Source of the DNA: a plasmid
Length of the DNA: 64,000 nt
Sequence record: NZ_CP033968.1
Direction: 5' to 3' (one strand)
A program made the translations under genes and the position numbers. Position 1 is the stretch's first letter. Each line of letters opens with the position of its first letter. Below the pieces are notes generated by a model. That model was given only the letters and a program-made list of their open reading frames with translations, had not been told where the DNA came from and made no database searches. This document shows positions 1-9,569 of the stretch, piece after piece.

Positions 1-57
1 ACCGCAGCGCGGTGCATCAGGGGGACACCGATCTGTCCAATTCCCGCGATAGCGGAG

Positions 58-582
58 ATGGAGGCTGTCTTGTCCACGTTTGAGAGCTTTGATTGCCCGG
101 AGTGCGGAGGCAAGGAAACAGTCAAGATCATGCCGACTGCCGGCGGGCGCGGTACCGGCGAAGCCACCTCTTACGCGGCGAATTGCGCTGCGTGCAACCG
201 CACGCTGGCGGAGGAACTGCCATCGAACTCCGATGGCAAACGGGCAACCGCCACGCGCGAGCTCAAGCGCATCCTTGCCAGGTGGCCAGAAGAAAAGGCC
301 GGCCGGCCGCGCGTTATGAGGACGCCGCCAGTTGTGTCCATGCCGTCGGGTGCTGACGATCGCCAACGCCCCCAGGAGAGCGCAATGATCAAACTTGCGG
401 ACAACACCTTCAAAGAACGTGACTTGCTGGAGCGCGCGATGCGCAATCTGCGGGCGATCGCGCCGCGGCGAGGCGAGATACGTTGGGTGTTGGTGCATCA
501 GCTTTTCAGCACGGGTAGCACGGTCTCAGCAGCGATCTGCCGCGAGTTTGGTTACGACCCAGACGAGAAGGTGAAGCCATGA
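58..582 (+). CDS. hypothetical protein with N-terminal CxxC...CxxC zinc-ribbon
   Basis: 174-aa ORF; CPECGG...CAACN Cys pairs; its stop overlaps the start of the next gene (ATGA at 579-582). Confidence 0.45.
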   Translation: MEAVLSTFESFDCPECGGKETVKIMPTAGGRGTGEATSYAANCAACNRTLAEELPSNSDGKRATATRELKRILARWPEEKAGRPRVMRTPPVVSMPSGADDRQRPQESAMIKLADNTFKERDLLERAMRNLRAIAPRRGEIRWVLVHQLFSTGSTVSAAICREFGYDPDEKVKP

Positions 583-1760
583 GCAAGGGTAGCAAGATCG
601 AGTGGACGGACCATACATTCAATGCCTGGCTCGGTTGCGAGCCTGTCAGCCCTGGCTGCGATCATTGCTACGCGGAAGTATCGACGCCAGTTCGCGTGCT
701 GGGCGTGAAGTTTGGCACGAGGCAGCCGCGTCACCGGACATCCGCTGAGAATTGGAAGCAGCCCCTGCGCTGGGAACGAGAGCACGCGCAGTTCTATGAA
801 GAGCACGGGCGCCGGCAGCGGGTGTTCAGCGCGAGTCTTTCAGATTGGCTAGACAATGCAGTGCCGATCGAATGGCTGGTGGATCTGCTTGACCTGGTGC
901 GCAGGACGCCCAGTCTAGATTGGCTCCTGCTGACCAAGCGCATCGGCAACTTCAAGAAGCGGCTGGCAGAAGCCAGCGACTACGTTTGGAACAGCGGCGC
1001 CGGCGCTATCGCTGACGCGGGTTCATTGCGCGAGTGGATCGATGCATGGCGTACCGGACCCCCCCCTGAGAACGTCTTCGTCGGTGCCACCATTGTCAAT
1101 CAGGCAGAAGCGGATCGCGACATCTCGAAGTTGCTCGAGGTGCCGGCATACGTCCGGTTCCTTTCGATGGAGCCGCTACTAGCCCCAGTCGATATCAGTG
1201 ACTTCCTGACCCCGAGCTATCCGAACTGCGAAACCGGATTCGCCCAAGGCGAACGGATGGAGGTCGGGTATTGCGGCACGTGCGCCGGCCACGTCAGCGA
1301 CCCGATTCACAACCCAGCGATGCGTGACTTCGTCGACTGGGTGATCGTTGGCTGCGAGAGCGGGCCCTACGCAAGGCCAGCGCACCCGGATTGGGTAAGG
1401 AGCTTGAGGGACCAATGCGTAGCCGCCGGCGTCGCCTTCCTGTTTAAGCAGTGGGGTGAATGGTTGCCGTGGGATCATTTCAACGCTGCGCGAATCGACG
1501 ACAGTTTGGAGAGCACGCGATACGCCACGATGGAATGGAAGGGCGATCGCTGGGAAGACGTCGGACACCCCATCTGGTCTGATTCTGTCGACGGCATAAT
1601 TGATGACAGGCACTGTATGGGGCGCGTCGGGAAGAAGGCCGCGGGTCGCTTGCTCGACGGGAAACTCTACGACGGATTCCCGGTCGCAGGCGCACAACGA
1701 GTGCGACGTTCGTCGGCGCTGACCACTGGCGCGGCCGTGAGTTGCCTTGGATACGCATAA
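579..1760 (+). CDS. phage protein Gp37/Gp68 family (DUF5131)
   Basis: N-terminal IEWTDHTFNAWLGCEPVSPGCDHCYAE is the signature block of the Gp37/Gp68 family; 393 aa; translationally coupled to upstream ORF. Confidence 0.7.
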   Translation: MSKGSKIEWTDHTFNAWLGCEPVSPGCDHCYAEVSTPVRVLGVKFGTRQPRHRTSAENWKQPLRWEREHAQFYEEHGRRQRVFSASLSDWLDNAVPIEWLVDLLDLVRRTPSLDWLLLTKRIGNFKKRLAEASDYVWNSGAGAIADAGSLREWIDAWRTGPPPENVFVGATIVNQAEADRDISKLLEVPAYVRFLSMEPLLAPVDISDFLTPSYPNCETGFAQGERMEVGYCGTCAGHVSDPIHNPAMRDFVDWVIVGCESGPYARPAHPDWVRSLRDQCVAAGVAFLFKQWGEWLPWDHFNAARIDDSLESTRYATMEWKGDRWEDVGHPIWSDSVDGIIDDRHCMGRVGKKAAGRLLDGKLYDGFPVAGAQRVRRSSALTTGAAVSCLGYA

Positions 1761-2258
1761 CGCGTATTGATAAACACACTGTTTGCTTGTTATAGTCAAG
1801 TCACGCGCGGTTTTTGGTGTTGCATTGGTCGCTGCCGATATGTGTGGGTTTGAAGTCGTTCAAGATCCCCGGCTTTTGGCCGTTTACCGGCATTGGGGCA
1901 TACCAGAGACTGCGAAGGACGGCCTTGGGGGCGTCGCATGGTGGGCAGGCGTGGTTGCGGAAGTCGCTGCCGTGATTCGGGCGAATAACGTGTCAGCCGC
2001 CGTCCAGGCAGTCCTGTTGTGGCACGCGGATCAGAGGTTGGCGAGACAGCGAGGGCAGCGACCTCGCGCGTTCGACGTGCCGCCCGAAACTCTCAAGGTG
2101 CGCGGTGTGTTCTGGAGGAACCTGCTCAATGGGAGCTTCCTGATGTTCATCGTAGGCTCTATTCCCTGCTGCATTGGGTTGTTCTTCATCAAGTTCGAGA
2201 ACAGCCCGAAGCGATAGCGATATCGCGGGCGGCCGGGCATTTAAGGAGGAAACTTCGG

Positions 2259-2684
2259 ATGAATCAAGTAACTGGTAGTGCGACGTCGCCAACGAAGTCG
2301 GTGTTTGATGCCTTTGGGGCGATTGGCTGTGGCCTATATGTCGGCGGCGTCGTTGCCGTCACGCTCTATTTCCTTCAGGAAGGCGGGATTCGCCTAACAG
2401 ACGGGCTTCCGGTTGCTGCAGTCGTCGCAGCGGCAGTAGCCGCTCTGTTGACGTTGGTCCGATGCGTGCTAACGGGCTTTTATGTGCCGTTGGCCTTGAT
2501 TGGCGTCTTCGTTCTCGGCTTTGGTGCTATCACGAAGATATCAGCCAACCTGCCTGATCCCACCGCCGGCGCTTTTGGCGCAGTTCAACTACGAATCGAT
2601 GGCGCAATGCCGTGGGTGTTTTTTGGTATCTGCATGATCGCCTTGGCGCTGGCGTGTTTGACGCCTCGGCAGGATCGTAACTAG
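2259..2684 (+). CDS. small integral membrane protein
   Basis: AAGGAGG RBS at 2243-2249, ATG 2259; 3-4 hydrophobic helices; in frame with the longer ORF-track call 2019..2684. Confidence 0.5.
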   Translation: MNQVTGSATSPTKSVFDAFGAIGCGLYVGGVVAVTLYFLQEGGIRLTDGLPVAAVVAAAVAALLTLVRCVLTGFYVPLALIGVFVLGFGAITKISANLPDPTAGAFGAVQLRIDGAMPWVFFGICMIALALACLTPRQDRN

Positions 2685-2703
2685 AGCTCTGGGGAGGGAG
2701 GAT

Positions 2704-2985
2704 ATGGATCGCGCATACGAAATCTGGAAAGCTTACGCAATGTCGGTTGTTGCGGTGGTGTTTGCCTACCTGGACAAGACAGATGATTGGGGTTGGCCCC
2801 CCGTCTTAGCTGTGGCCCTTCCATTGCTTCCTCTTCTCGCTGTCGACTGGTTTGTGTCCCGCTGGGTCTCACTGGGTTTGTTCTTGCCCGTTGGCCTGCC
2901 CATTGGATGGTTCGTTGGTTCTCTGTTCTGCGCCTATTTTGCAAGCGAGCAGGGATCGAACCGTGAAGTGAAGCGGCAGAGGTGA
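2704..2985 (+). CDS. small membrane protein
   Basis: GGGGAGGGAGGA RBS then ATG 2704; hydrophobic 93 aa. Confidence 0.5.
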   Translation: MDRAYEIWKAYAMSVVAVVFAYLDKTDDWGWPPVLAVALPLLPLLAVDWFVSRWVSLGLFLPVGLPIGWFVGSLFCAYFASEQGSNREVKRQR

Positions 2986-3019
2986 AGCGCACTGCCGACC
3001 GACCCCGTGAGGAGATGTC

Positions 3020-3616
3020 TTGACCATATGGGACTGGTTTTTCCCCGCGCGAAGGAAGCGCACGAGGGAAGGGTTGCCTTCGATCGATGTCTCCACCACG
3101 GCTGACTTCTATAAGGTCTTCACTTCACCGAACCCTGTTCTGAGTGCGGCGATCCACAACATAGCCGGCGACCAGGTTGGCACGGCCAGATACTCCATCT
3201 CGCCGCTGTCGGACCGCGTCTATGTCTTCGACATCAGAATTGCTCCACACCATCAGCGGCATGGCTATGGGACCGCAATGCTCTGCTACCTCGCAAAGGA
3301 GTATGGCCAGCCGATTACCCCCATCCACGAAGTTGAGAGCGCCAACGAGTTCTGGGGCGCCGCCCGTCGCTACAGGGGAGCCGGCCTTTCCGTAACCGAA
3401 GATATCTCGATCAGCGAGATGGCACTCGAGGCGACGCGTTGGCAGCATCTCGCGCCCATCGCAGAGTGCCTGGACAAACTGATCACTAGACGGCTGAGTG
3501 TCGATCGCGAACCCTGGCATGTTGCCGTTGGTCGCGGGTTTGGCGCGGAGGACAACGGCGACGCCGCTACTTCTGGGCCGGCGATATCGGACGATTCGAA
3601 TACTGTGAGAACATGA
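3020..3616 (+). CDS. GNAT-family N-acetyltransferase-like protein
   Basis: TTG start with GAGGAG RBS; motif VFDIRIAPHHQRHGYGTAMLCYLAKEYG resembles GNAT motif A (R/Q-x-x-G-x-G/A). Confidence 0.4.
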   Translation: MTIWDWFFPARRKRTREGLPSIDVSTTADFYKVFTSPNPVLSAAIHNIAGDQVGTARYSISPLSDRVYVFDIRIAPHHQRHGYGTAMLCYLAKEYGQPITPIHEVESANEFWGAARRYRGAGLSVTEDISISEMALEATRWQHLAPIAECLDKLITRRLSVDREPWHVAVGRGFGAEDNGDAATSGPAISDDSNTVRT

Positions 3617-3921
3617 GCAAACAAGAGAAGTTCTACGACTGGCTCTCGACTGGGGAGCCACCACCCATCAATAGGCGCGTCTACGAGGCAGCCAAGCTGC
3701 CGTTTGCATACTTGGCGCAGTTCCTGTGGTGGGTCTCTTCCCCTTGGCGCCGAGCTCTTCCACTGGCGCTCGCGGGCGTTGCTCTCCTCTGTGGCTTTTT
3801 GATCCTGATGGGGGATGAAACCATTACTTGGGGCGACTTCGGGACGGTCGCTACCGTCGCAACAGTTGTTCTGGGCGTAGTCGTCGTGATTCTCGACGTG
3901 CTGAGGGCAATATTCGAGTAA
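3613..3921 (+). CDS. small membrane protein
   Basis: ATGA overlap with upstream stop; 2-3 TM helices. Confidence 0.4.
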   Translation: MSKQEKFYDWLSTGEPPPINRRVYEAAKLPFAYLAQFLWWVSSPWRRALPLALAGVALLCGFLILMGDETITWGDFGTVATVATVVLGVVVVILDVLRAIFE

Positions 3922-3955
3922 CGCTCCGCACTTCACTCCTATTGGGACGTTTTCA

Positions 3956-4690
3956 ATGAGCACAAGCCGGGCTACTCGCCGAGATCCTATGGCAGACGTC
4001 ATGCCACTCGAGCTTCTGGAAGTGGCGCATCTGCTGATCAGTAGAGGTCAGAATGAACTCTACTGGGAAAGAGTTCCCCTCCCGAAGCGACCGGTCGGCC
4101 AGGTCCGCTACGAAGTGGCTCGCCAGGCAGCGACCTTTGTTGTGCCATTGGTAGGTCTAACCTGCGCCGCGCAGATCTACGGGGCAACTGGCTTGCTGCT
4201 TGGGCTGCCGCTTGCATGGCTAGGCGGCTACTTCTTGGATCTGCAACTCAAGTCTGCGATTGGGAAGAAGAAGATTCGTGATGACATGATTGACGCTGGC
4301 CGCTACAAGGCGGTGGGCTGGCTGGCTGCGCAGATGGGTATGCGCCCAGACGAGATCACACTGGCGACGATCCGGAAGATGAACAAGGATTACGTCATTG
4401 TTAAGGCGCGTATGGACCTGGAGTTGGCTCGCCGCGAGGAAGCCCGCAAGGCCGCTCACGTACGGCAGTCGCCGTCCTCCGATGATGTGCATCATGATTA
4501 CACTCCGGGGGTAGTCGCTGCCGCCGGATTGGGTGCGGCAACCGCCTACACGTCAGTAGACGAAGATGACGACTACTATGATCGAGGCCAATCCTACTCG
4601 CCGGCCGTGAACCCTGCTAACGGGATGCCGATGGTTGCTGGCACCTATGTGGACGTCAACGGCAATATGTTTGGAACTGACACGTTCTGA
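3956..4690 (+). CDS. hypothetical membrane protein
   Basis: 244-aa ORF, two central TM helices, Asp/Tyr-rich C-terminus. Confidence 0.4.
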   Translation: MSTSRATRRDPMADVMPLELLEVAHLLISRGQNELYWERVPLPKRPVGQVRYEVARQAATFVVPLVGLTCAAQIYGATGLLLGLPLAWLGGYFLDLQLKSAIGKKKIRDDMIDAGRYKAVGWLAAQMGMRPDEITLATIRKMNKDYVIVKARMDLELARREEARKAAHVRQSPSSDDVHHDYTPGVVAAAGLGAATAYTSVDEDDDYYDRGQSYSPAVNPANGMPMVAGTYVDVNGNMFGTDTF

Positions 4691-4759
4691 CGCCGGGATA
4701 TTTTGGACTTCGCGGAGCGCGCAGCCCGCGGAGAAGAGGGCGCCCGAACCGGAGCACGC

Positions 4760-5929
4760 ATGCGTCGCCATAGCCTGACCCTCACGCTGGCAAAGATCCT
4801 ATTCAAGGACGGGCCCGTGAAGTTCTTCCAGCTCGTCTACATCCTCGGCCGTTCGAAGCTACGGCGGACCTATGATTCCCACACACGGCGCTTTCTCCAA
4901 GCCGGCCACGCCGCGTTACTCGCCGCGGGTGTGATAGTGCTGTGGCTCGCTGTGCGAGATCCATCCCTGATCGATGCGAGGTCTACGGCCGGCCGGATCT
5001 TCTGCGGAGCGATCGGCATGGCTTTTACCCTGAGCGGTGCGACGTGGTTTCTCATGCCGGCATTTCAACGAGCGACGCTGCTGGGGGAGGTGACGGCCGG
5101 CACGTTGTACGGGATGCTCCTCGCCGGTGTCACGTGGTTGGGTTGGGAGCGTGCGGCGGCGCTCTACCAGGCCAATCCTGTAGCGTTAGTCGCTGGAGTA
5201 CTCGTCGTCGCGGCGCTTGTGCTGGCGTTTGCCCATCCGCTCTCGCTCTTTCTGCGTTTCCGATTGCTGCGGCTGCGCACCAATCACTATGCGTTCGAGA
5301 CCCCATATCACCAGATGCTCGCTTCGCGCCCAGCTAGAGGGCAGTACAGAGGCGTGGCAATTCATGAGGCTGGCCATGCTCTGATGTACAGCTTGGGCGA
5401 TCGGGTGCCAGAGGACGCGATCGCCTATATTGACTTCGACACCATCTCGCCGAACCTGGGGCAGGTTTCGCTGCCAACTCTGAAGGAGGGTGATATCAGC
5501 ATGGCCATGCTGGAGTGGAAAATGCATACATACCTCGCTGGAATGGTAGCGGAGGTTTTGCGTGCAGGGACTCACGGCATGGGCGTGTCCGGAGACCTCG
5601 AGGGCTGGAGTGAGCTAGTTGGCCCATACCTCTTGTTGCGCACCGATGTTGTGTACTTCGCCAATCCAAGTACCGAGCTGGAGATCGAGTCCAACAAGAG
5701 GGAGGTTGCAGCGTTGAAGAAACACATGCTGGCAGTGCTCACACGCTTTATGCGGGCAAACTGGCATGTCGTCGAGCGGATCGCTGACTGCCTTGAGGAG
5801 GTGGACTGCCTTGATCACCAGCAGTTGGCTGGCCTGATTTCTGGCGTGGTGCGCACGGGCGGGCTGCCGACGCCAGTTTGGCCAGACCACATGGATGGCA
5901 CGCCGCTGCGCCAGATCCCGGGCGCTTGA
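4760..5929 (+). CDS. membrane-anchored FtsH-like (peptidase M41) zinc metallopeptidase domain protein, no AAA+ module
   Basis: N-terminal multi-TM region then VAIHEAGHALMYSL (HExxH as in FtsH TAYHEAGHA); GGAG RBS before ATG 4760; a TTG at 4703 is an alternative start. Confidence 0.55.
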   Translation: MRRHSLTLTLAKILFKDGPVKFFQLVYILGRSKLRRTYDSHTRRFLQAGHAALLAAGVIVLWLAVRDPSLIDARSTAGRIFCGAIGMAFTLSGATWFLMPAFQRATLLGEVTAGTLYGMLLAGVTWLGWERAAALYQANPVALVAGVLVVAALVLAFAHPLSLFLRFRLLRLRTNHYAFETPYHQMLASRPARGQYRGVAIHEAGHALMYSLGDRVPEDAIAYIDFDTISPNLGQVSLPTLKEGDISMAMLEWKMHTYLAGMVAEVLRAGTHGMGVSGDLEGWSELVGPYLLLRTDVVYFANPSTELEIESNKREVAALKKHMLAVLTRFMRANWHVVERIADCLEEVDCLDHQQLAGLISGVVRTGGLPTPVWPDHMDGTPLRQIPGA

Positions 5930-5940
5930 CGTCGGGCATA

Positions 5941-5975
5941 AAAAAACCGCCAACGCATAGCGCCGGCGGTTTCTG
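5941..5975. terminator. bidirectional rho-independent terminator
   Basis: A-run, CCGCCAACGC / GCGCCGGCGG imperfect hairpin, T-run; lies between convergent genes. Confidence 0.55.
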
Positions 5976-5993
5976 TGGGTTAGAAATCAGTCG

Positions 5994-6173
5994 TTAAGAG
6001 CGCTGTTTCCGAAAGCCATGCAGGGAATCCTGCTTTTCCTTGTTCTGTTCGGTCGGTGTGCGGCGAGCTTCTTTGCGCACTGCCTGGATAGCACCGACTA
6101 GAGGTGCGAAGAACAGACGCGGGGCTTCCCGAGCTGCGGTAACAAACTCCGAGCGAAAGCTGGTCTTGGTCAT
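5994..6173 (-). CDS. small hypothetical protein (59 aa, below ORF-track cutoff)
   Basis: AAGGAGAtgctcgaATG RBS; ATGA overlap with the stop of upstream membrane-protein gene; translation MTKTSFRSEFVTAAREAPRLFFAPLVGAIQAVRKEARRTPTEQNKEKQDSLHGFRKQRS. Confidence 0.35.
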   Translation of the reverse strand: MTKTSFRSEFVTAAREAPRLFFAPLVGAIQAVRKEARRTPTEQNKEKQDSLHGFRKQRS

Positions 6174-6442
6174 TCGAGCATCTCCTTGACGGCTCGATAT
6201 CCAGTGATACCGAGGTAGACCAAGTATAACACCGCGTCAACGATGGTGATCGTGTGCTCAAGGAACGAGATCACCTGGAGGGTAAAGGTCGGTATCCCGA
6301 CCGTTTCCAGGAACCGGATCAGCAAAGACAAGCCGACAGCGACGCTACCGATGATCAAGAAGATCAACGTGCCGACGACAGTATGTGCTGCGAAGTGCGC
6401 AACGGGCGCCCACCAGGCTTTGTGATGTTTCGTTTCAGCCAT
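6170..6442 (-). CDS. small membrane protein
   Basis: GGAGAAAC-ATG at 6442; 90 aa with 2 TM helices; the ORF-track 6170..6526 call has a 28-aa N-terminal extension with no RBS. Confidence 0.45.
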   Translation of the reverse strand: MAETKHHKAWWAPVAHFAAHTVVGTLIFLIIGSVAVGLSLLIRFLETVGIPTFTLQVISFLEHTITIVDAVLYLVYLGITGYRAVKEMLE

Positions 6443-7061
6443 GTTTCTCCTGTGTTGAGTTAAGCACCTGGGAACCCCAGGGCTCCAAGCCTCCTTGCAT
6501 AGACCTGGCAACACAGGAATGCGCAACGCCTGGGGATAAGTTGGGGTGGTGCCTCAATGGACGTCGCCGGCCGGCCGATAGACAGAAGACCATTCAGTAG
6601 AACGTGAGCGTCACCGCCAACGAGTTGCTGCAGGATTTGGACCCGCTCGGCCCGCAGCGGCTGCTTGCCACCTTCGCACGATTTGCTGTCATCTTGACAA
6701 ATAGCACTCAATCGAACAAGATGCATAACATGTAGGTATATGCGTTGAGTATAGCAATAGCGATATTTGCTCAGTCGACAGGGCCATGCGGAAATGTTGC
6801 GGCGCATGTTGAGCGCCGGCGATGGTGTAGTCATCCTCCGCATCACCGGGGATCTCGAGCGGCATCATCCGAATGTTGAGATCTTCGAAGGTTGGGAGGG
6901 CTATCAGCGATTCTTGGCGCCAATCCTGCGCAGCGGGAAGCTTCAGAAGGGCGATGGGAGTACGCTGCTTTAACTGCATCGAGTTCGTTTTTGCGGCACG
7001 ACACGGAATTGCTCACGTTTGCGGCACTGATCAACGACGCTTGGGCATAGAAATCGCAACC

Positions 7062-7679
7062 ATGACTGCCACAATCGAAACACCGCTTGCCGCTGTGGGC
7101 AAAGCGATCAGCGGGATCAAGGCCAAGCATCCTGAACCTGATGCGGGCGGACGCGTTCCGAACGCGCAGATAGTAGAGTTCCATGAACGCCAGGTCGACG
7201 CTTGGCGTGCGCAGGCAGCGGAAGCCAGCCTGCTGGCACAGCACAAGTCAGAGTCAGGTGAGTCTGAGCTGGCGCTCGTACTATCGGAATGGAGCGAGCG
7301 GACGATGCGCGCAGCCGATGAGAGAGCTAGATATCTCACGTCTGCAGAGTATCAAGAATGGCTCGCGGGCCGGCAGGAGTGGTTGGCGGAGGCCACCGTT
7401 GACACGGTCGCAGCCGACAATAGCAAACGGGCGTGCGCGTTCGGCAAGGGTGTACGCGTCGTGATCGCTGAGGACATTGATAGGCGGTTCTGGCGCTATC
7501 GGTCAGGCCAGACCGGTACGGTCAGGTATGTGCTCGATGATGGCGGCGTGGAAGTACTGCTCGACGGCTACAAACGCGAAAAGCTATCCAACTGGTGGCG
7601 TCGCATCTGGCGAGGCGAAGGCGCCAACCTGGTCCCTTGGCGCGGCGTGTTCAAGGCCTCGGAATTGCGAGTCATTTGA
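7062..7679 (+). CDS. hypothetical protein
   Basis: ORF 6873..7679; internal ATG 7062 (MTATIETPL...) preferred but start uncertain, no clear SD. Confidence 0.35.
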   Translation: MTATIETPLAAVGKAISGIKAKHPEPDAGGRVPNAQIVEFHERQVDAWRAQAAEASLLAQHKSESGESELALVLSEWSERTMRAADERARYLTSAEYQEWLAGRQEWLAEATVDTVAADNSKRACAFGKGVRVVIAEDIDRRFWRYRSGQTGTVRYVLDDGGVEVLLDGYKREKLSNWWRRIWRGEGANLVPWRGVFKASELRVI

Positions 7680-7696
7680 ACCACAGGAGCCGTAGG

Positions 7697-7912
7697 ATGA
7701 GTACCAAGGTTTGGAACGTGATGTACATGCTTGGAAATACTGCCCGCATTGTTGGCGATGCGGGTAATCCTCAGGCCCGCAAGTCCGCGCTTCACGTAGC
7801 CGCAGTCATCGACAAGAACGGGTGGCGTGTCTGGGTGGAGCATCACAAGACAGGCAAGCGCCTTTTCGAGAGCGAGCGCGAGAAGACGCACCGGGAAGCT
7901 CCCCCCGTGTAG
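7697..7912 (+). CDS. hypothetical small protein
   Basis: AGGAGC RBS then ATG 7697; 71 aa. Confidence 0.35.
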   Translation: MSTKVWNVMYMLGNTARIVGDAGNPQARKSALHVAAVIDKNGWRVWVEHHKTGKRLFESEREKTHREAPPV

Positions 7913-7969
7913 AGGAGAAGGCGATACGCTGGACGAAGGGCGGCCCGGTAACAAAGGGAAAGGTCAAGT

Positions 7970-8179
7970 ATGGCAGGATCACTAGCAGGCCAAATCGGGC
8001 TGGCACTCTTCGGATTGCTCGTGGTGTCGGCCTTTTGCATGGGTGTAATTGCACCGCTCAATCGCTCGGTTGCGTTGACCACAATTGGGCTCAGCACTGC
8101 AACGGCTTTCGCGTCGTTTGTGGTGCCTGTATGGGAAGAGCTATGGAACTCGCACTTCATGGTGGCGGCAAGGTCTTGA
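7970..8179 (+). CDS. small membrane protein
   Basis: AAAGGGAAAGG RBS; 69 aa hydrophobic. Confidence 0.35.
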   Translation: MAGSLAGQIGLALFGLLVVSAFCMGVIAPLNRSVALTTIGLSTATAFASFVVPVWEELWNSHFMVAARS

Positions 8180-8406
8180 TGTCTGCACCACAGCAGAAGT
8201 GGCACGGTGATAACCCTGCCGTAGCACAGTATGCCCGTTTTGCTGGTCAGGACATGGCAGCGATAACCGACGATGCTGGCGCATTCGACTTGCTGTATCT
8301 CGGCTTTGTAACTGGCGGCTTCCCGACCATTGATGCAGCGAAAGACGCGGCGCCACAGTTTGCACGCCGGGTCTTGTCCCATTTGTCCAGCCTGATCGAC
8401 GGCTAG
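8131..8406 (+). CDS. hypothetical protein
   Basis: in-frame ATG (8131/8143) within ORF 7822..8406; overlaps preceding gene end. Confidence 0.25.
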   Translation: MGRAMELALHGGGKVLMSAPQQKWHGDNPAVAQYARFAGQDMAAITDDAGAFDLLYLGFVTGGFPTIDAAKDAAPQFARRVLSHLSSLIDG

Positions 8407-8435
8407 GACCGCACTGACACTACGGAATAGACGAA

Positions 8436-8657
8436 ATGGACAACGAATTAGAGCTGAGAACTATGGTTGGCGAAGCCGACCGTACTTTGCTCGTGGCGGG
8501 GCTCCAGGCGCTGCATCGTGAGCGCCTTGCCGCCTACAACGCGGCCGTGTATGTGGCGTTCATTCGTGGTGAGCTCCATCCTCCCATGGCGATGTTTGGC
8601 TTGGACGAAGTGCACACGATGCTTCGGCGTGTCGGTGCAGCGCCGGCCCCGTTCTGA
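8436..8657 (+). CDS. hypothetical protein
   Basis: 73-aa ORF, plausible start context. Confidence 0.3.
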   Translation: MDNELELRTMVGEADRTLLVAGLQALHRERLAAYNAAVYVAFIRGELHPPMAMFGLDEVHTMLRRVGAAPAPF

Positions 8658-8669
8658 TCGGAAGCGGCG

Positions 8670-8912
8670 ATGAGCTTGATCGACGAAGCGAGGCGTTGGC
8701 GCCAACAGTGGGGCTACGTTGGCCGCGGCGGCGTAATAGTGGTTTTTGAGGGCAAGGCGCAGGGGTGGGTGAACGAGCTTAGGAATCCAGAACGCTGGCA
8801 GCCTGGCTGCGTGGCGTTCGATGAACAAGGCCGGAGCTGGACAACCATCGCTGGCAATGAACGAGACGGGGCGCTGATGTGGTTGCCCAATGACCCGATC
8901 AAGGGAGAATGA
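8670..8912 (+). CDS. hypothetical protein
   Basis: 80-aa ORF; its stop overlaps the start of the next gene (ATGA at 8909-8912). Confidence 0.35.
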   Translation: MSLIDEARRWRQQWGYVGRGGVIVVFEGKAQGWVNELRNPERWQPGCVAFDEQGRSWTTIAGNERDGALMWLPNDPIKGE

Positions 8913-9133
8913 GCATGATCCTTACTGAAGCAGAGCGGGTCGCGATTCGCGGCTTGGCGTCAGGCGACAAGACGCAATTCGAGGCCGCGCAGGGCGCCTT
9001 TAATCGGGCAGCACGGCAACACGGCGTGGACTCCTGCGTAGAGCTCCAATTCATGGCTGAATTGCTTGCGCCGGTTCCGGATCTGCTACTGCGCTCACAG
9101 TATCGCGCGGCCGTACTGAAGCAAGCGATTTGA
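8909..9133 (+). CDS. hypothetical protein
   Basis: ATGA coupling at 8909; 74 aa. Confidence 0.35.
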   Translation: MSMILTEAERVAIRGLASGDKTQFEAAQGAFNRAARQHGVDSCVELQFMAELLAPVPDLLLRSQYRAAVLKQAI

Positions 9134-9139
9134 TGGGAA

Positions 9140-9538
9140 ATGGACCAAATGAGCGTAGCAAAGTGCGTTGCATCACTACTTGTCCTCTCGGCTGTCACAG
9201 GCTGCGCAATGACGCAACAGGAATTGGCGCACGAACCGCCAAATGCAAAATTTGTCGTGGCTGCAGAGTTCGGATGTCTCTATGAAAAGGGCGCCGAAAG
9301 AGCTGCTGCCAGCTTGGGCGTGAGCGAACCGAAGATGAGCGGCTACATTAGCTCCAAAGGCGGCTACGCATGGTTCCGACAACCGCTGACCTTGATCATG
9401 CTGCGTTCCAAAGGCGCCGGCAGCACTGAGATCACGCGACAGCAACACGGAAGCGCGGCGGTCCTAGGCCAAGGCGAAGACATGCTTGCTTACTTGAAAT
9501 CGAATCCATGTGTGGTCGATCCCCAGCGCCCAGAGTAG
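9140..9538 (+). CDS. putative lipoprotein
   Basis: signal peptide with lipobox LSAVTGC. Confidence 0.45.
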   Translation: MDQMSVAKCVASLLVLSAVTGCAMTQQELAHEPPNAKFVVAAEFGCLYEKGAERAAASLGVSEPKMSGYISSKGGYAWFRQPLTLIMLRSKGAGSTEITRQQHGSAAVLGQGEDMLAYLKSNPCVVDPQRPE

Positions 9539-9569
9539 CTTCACCAGCGAAGAGGAATAGCCATTCGAT

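Noticed and set aside
1179-1799. 206-aa minus-strand ORF
   Set aside because: Antisense to the well-supported Gp37/Gp68 gene.
6254-6463. 69-aa plus-strand ORF with an acidic low-complexity sequence
   Set aside because: Antisense to the small membrane-protein gene (6170..6442), which has a strong GGAGAAAC RBS. No RBS of its own.
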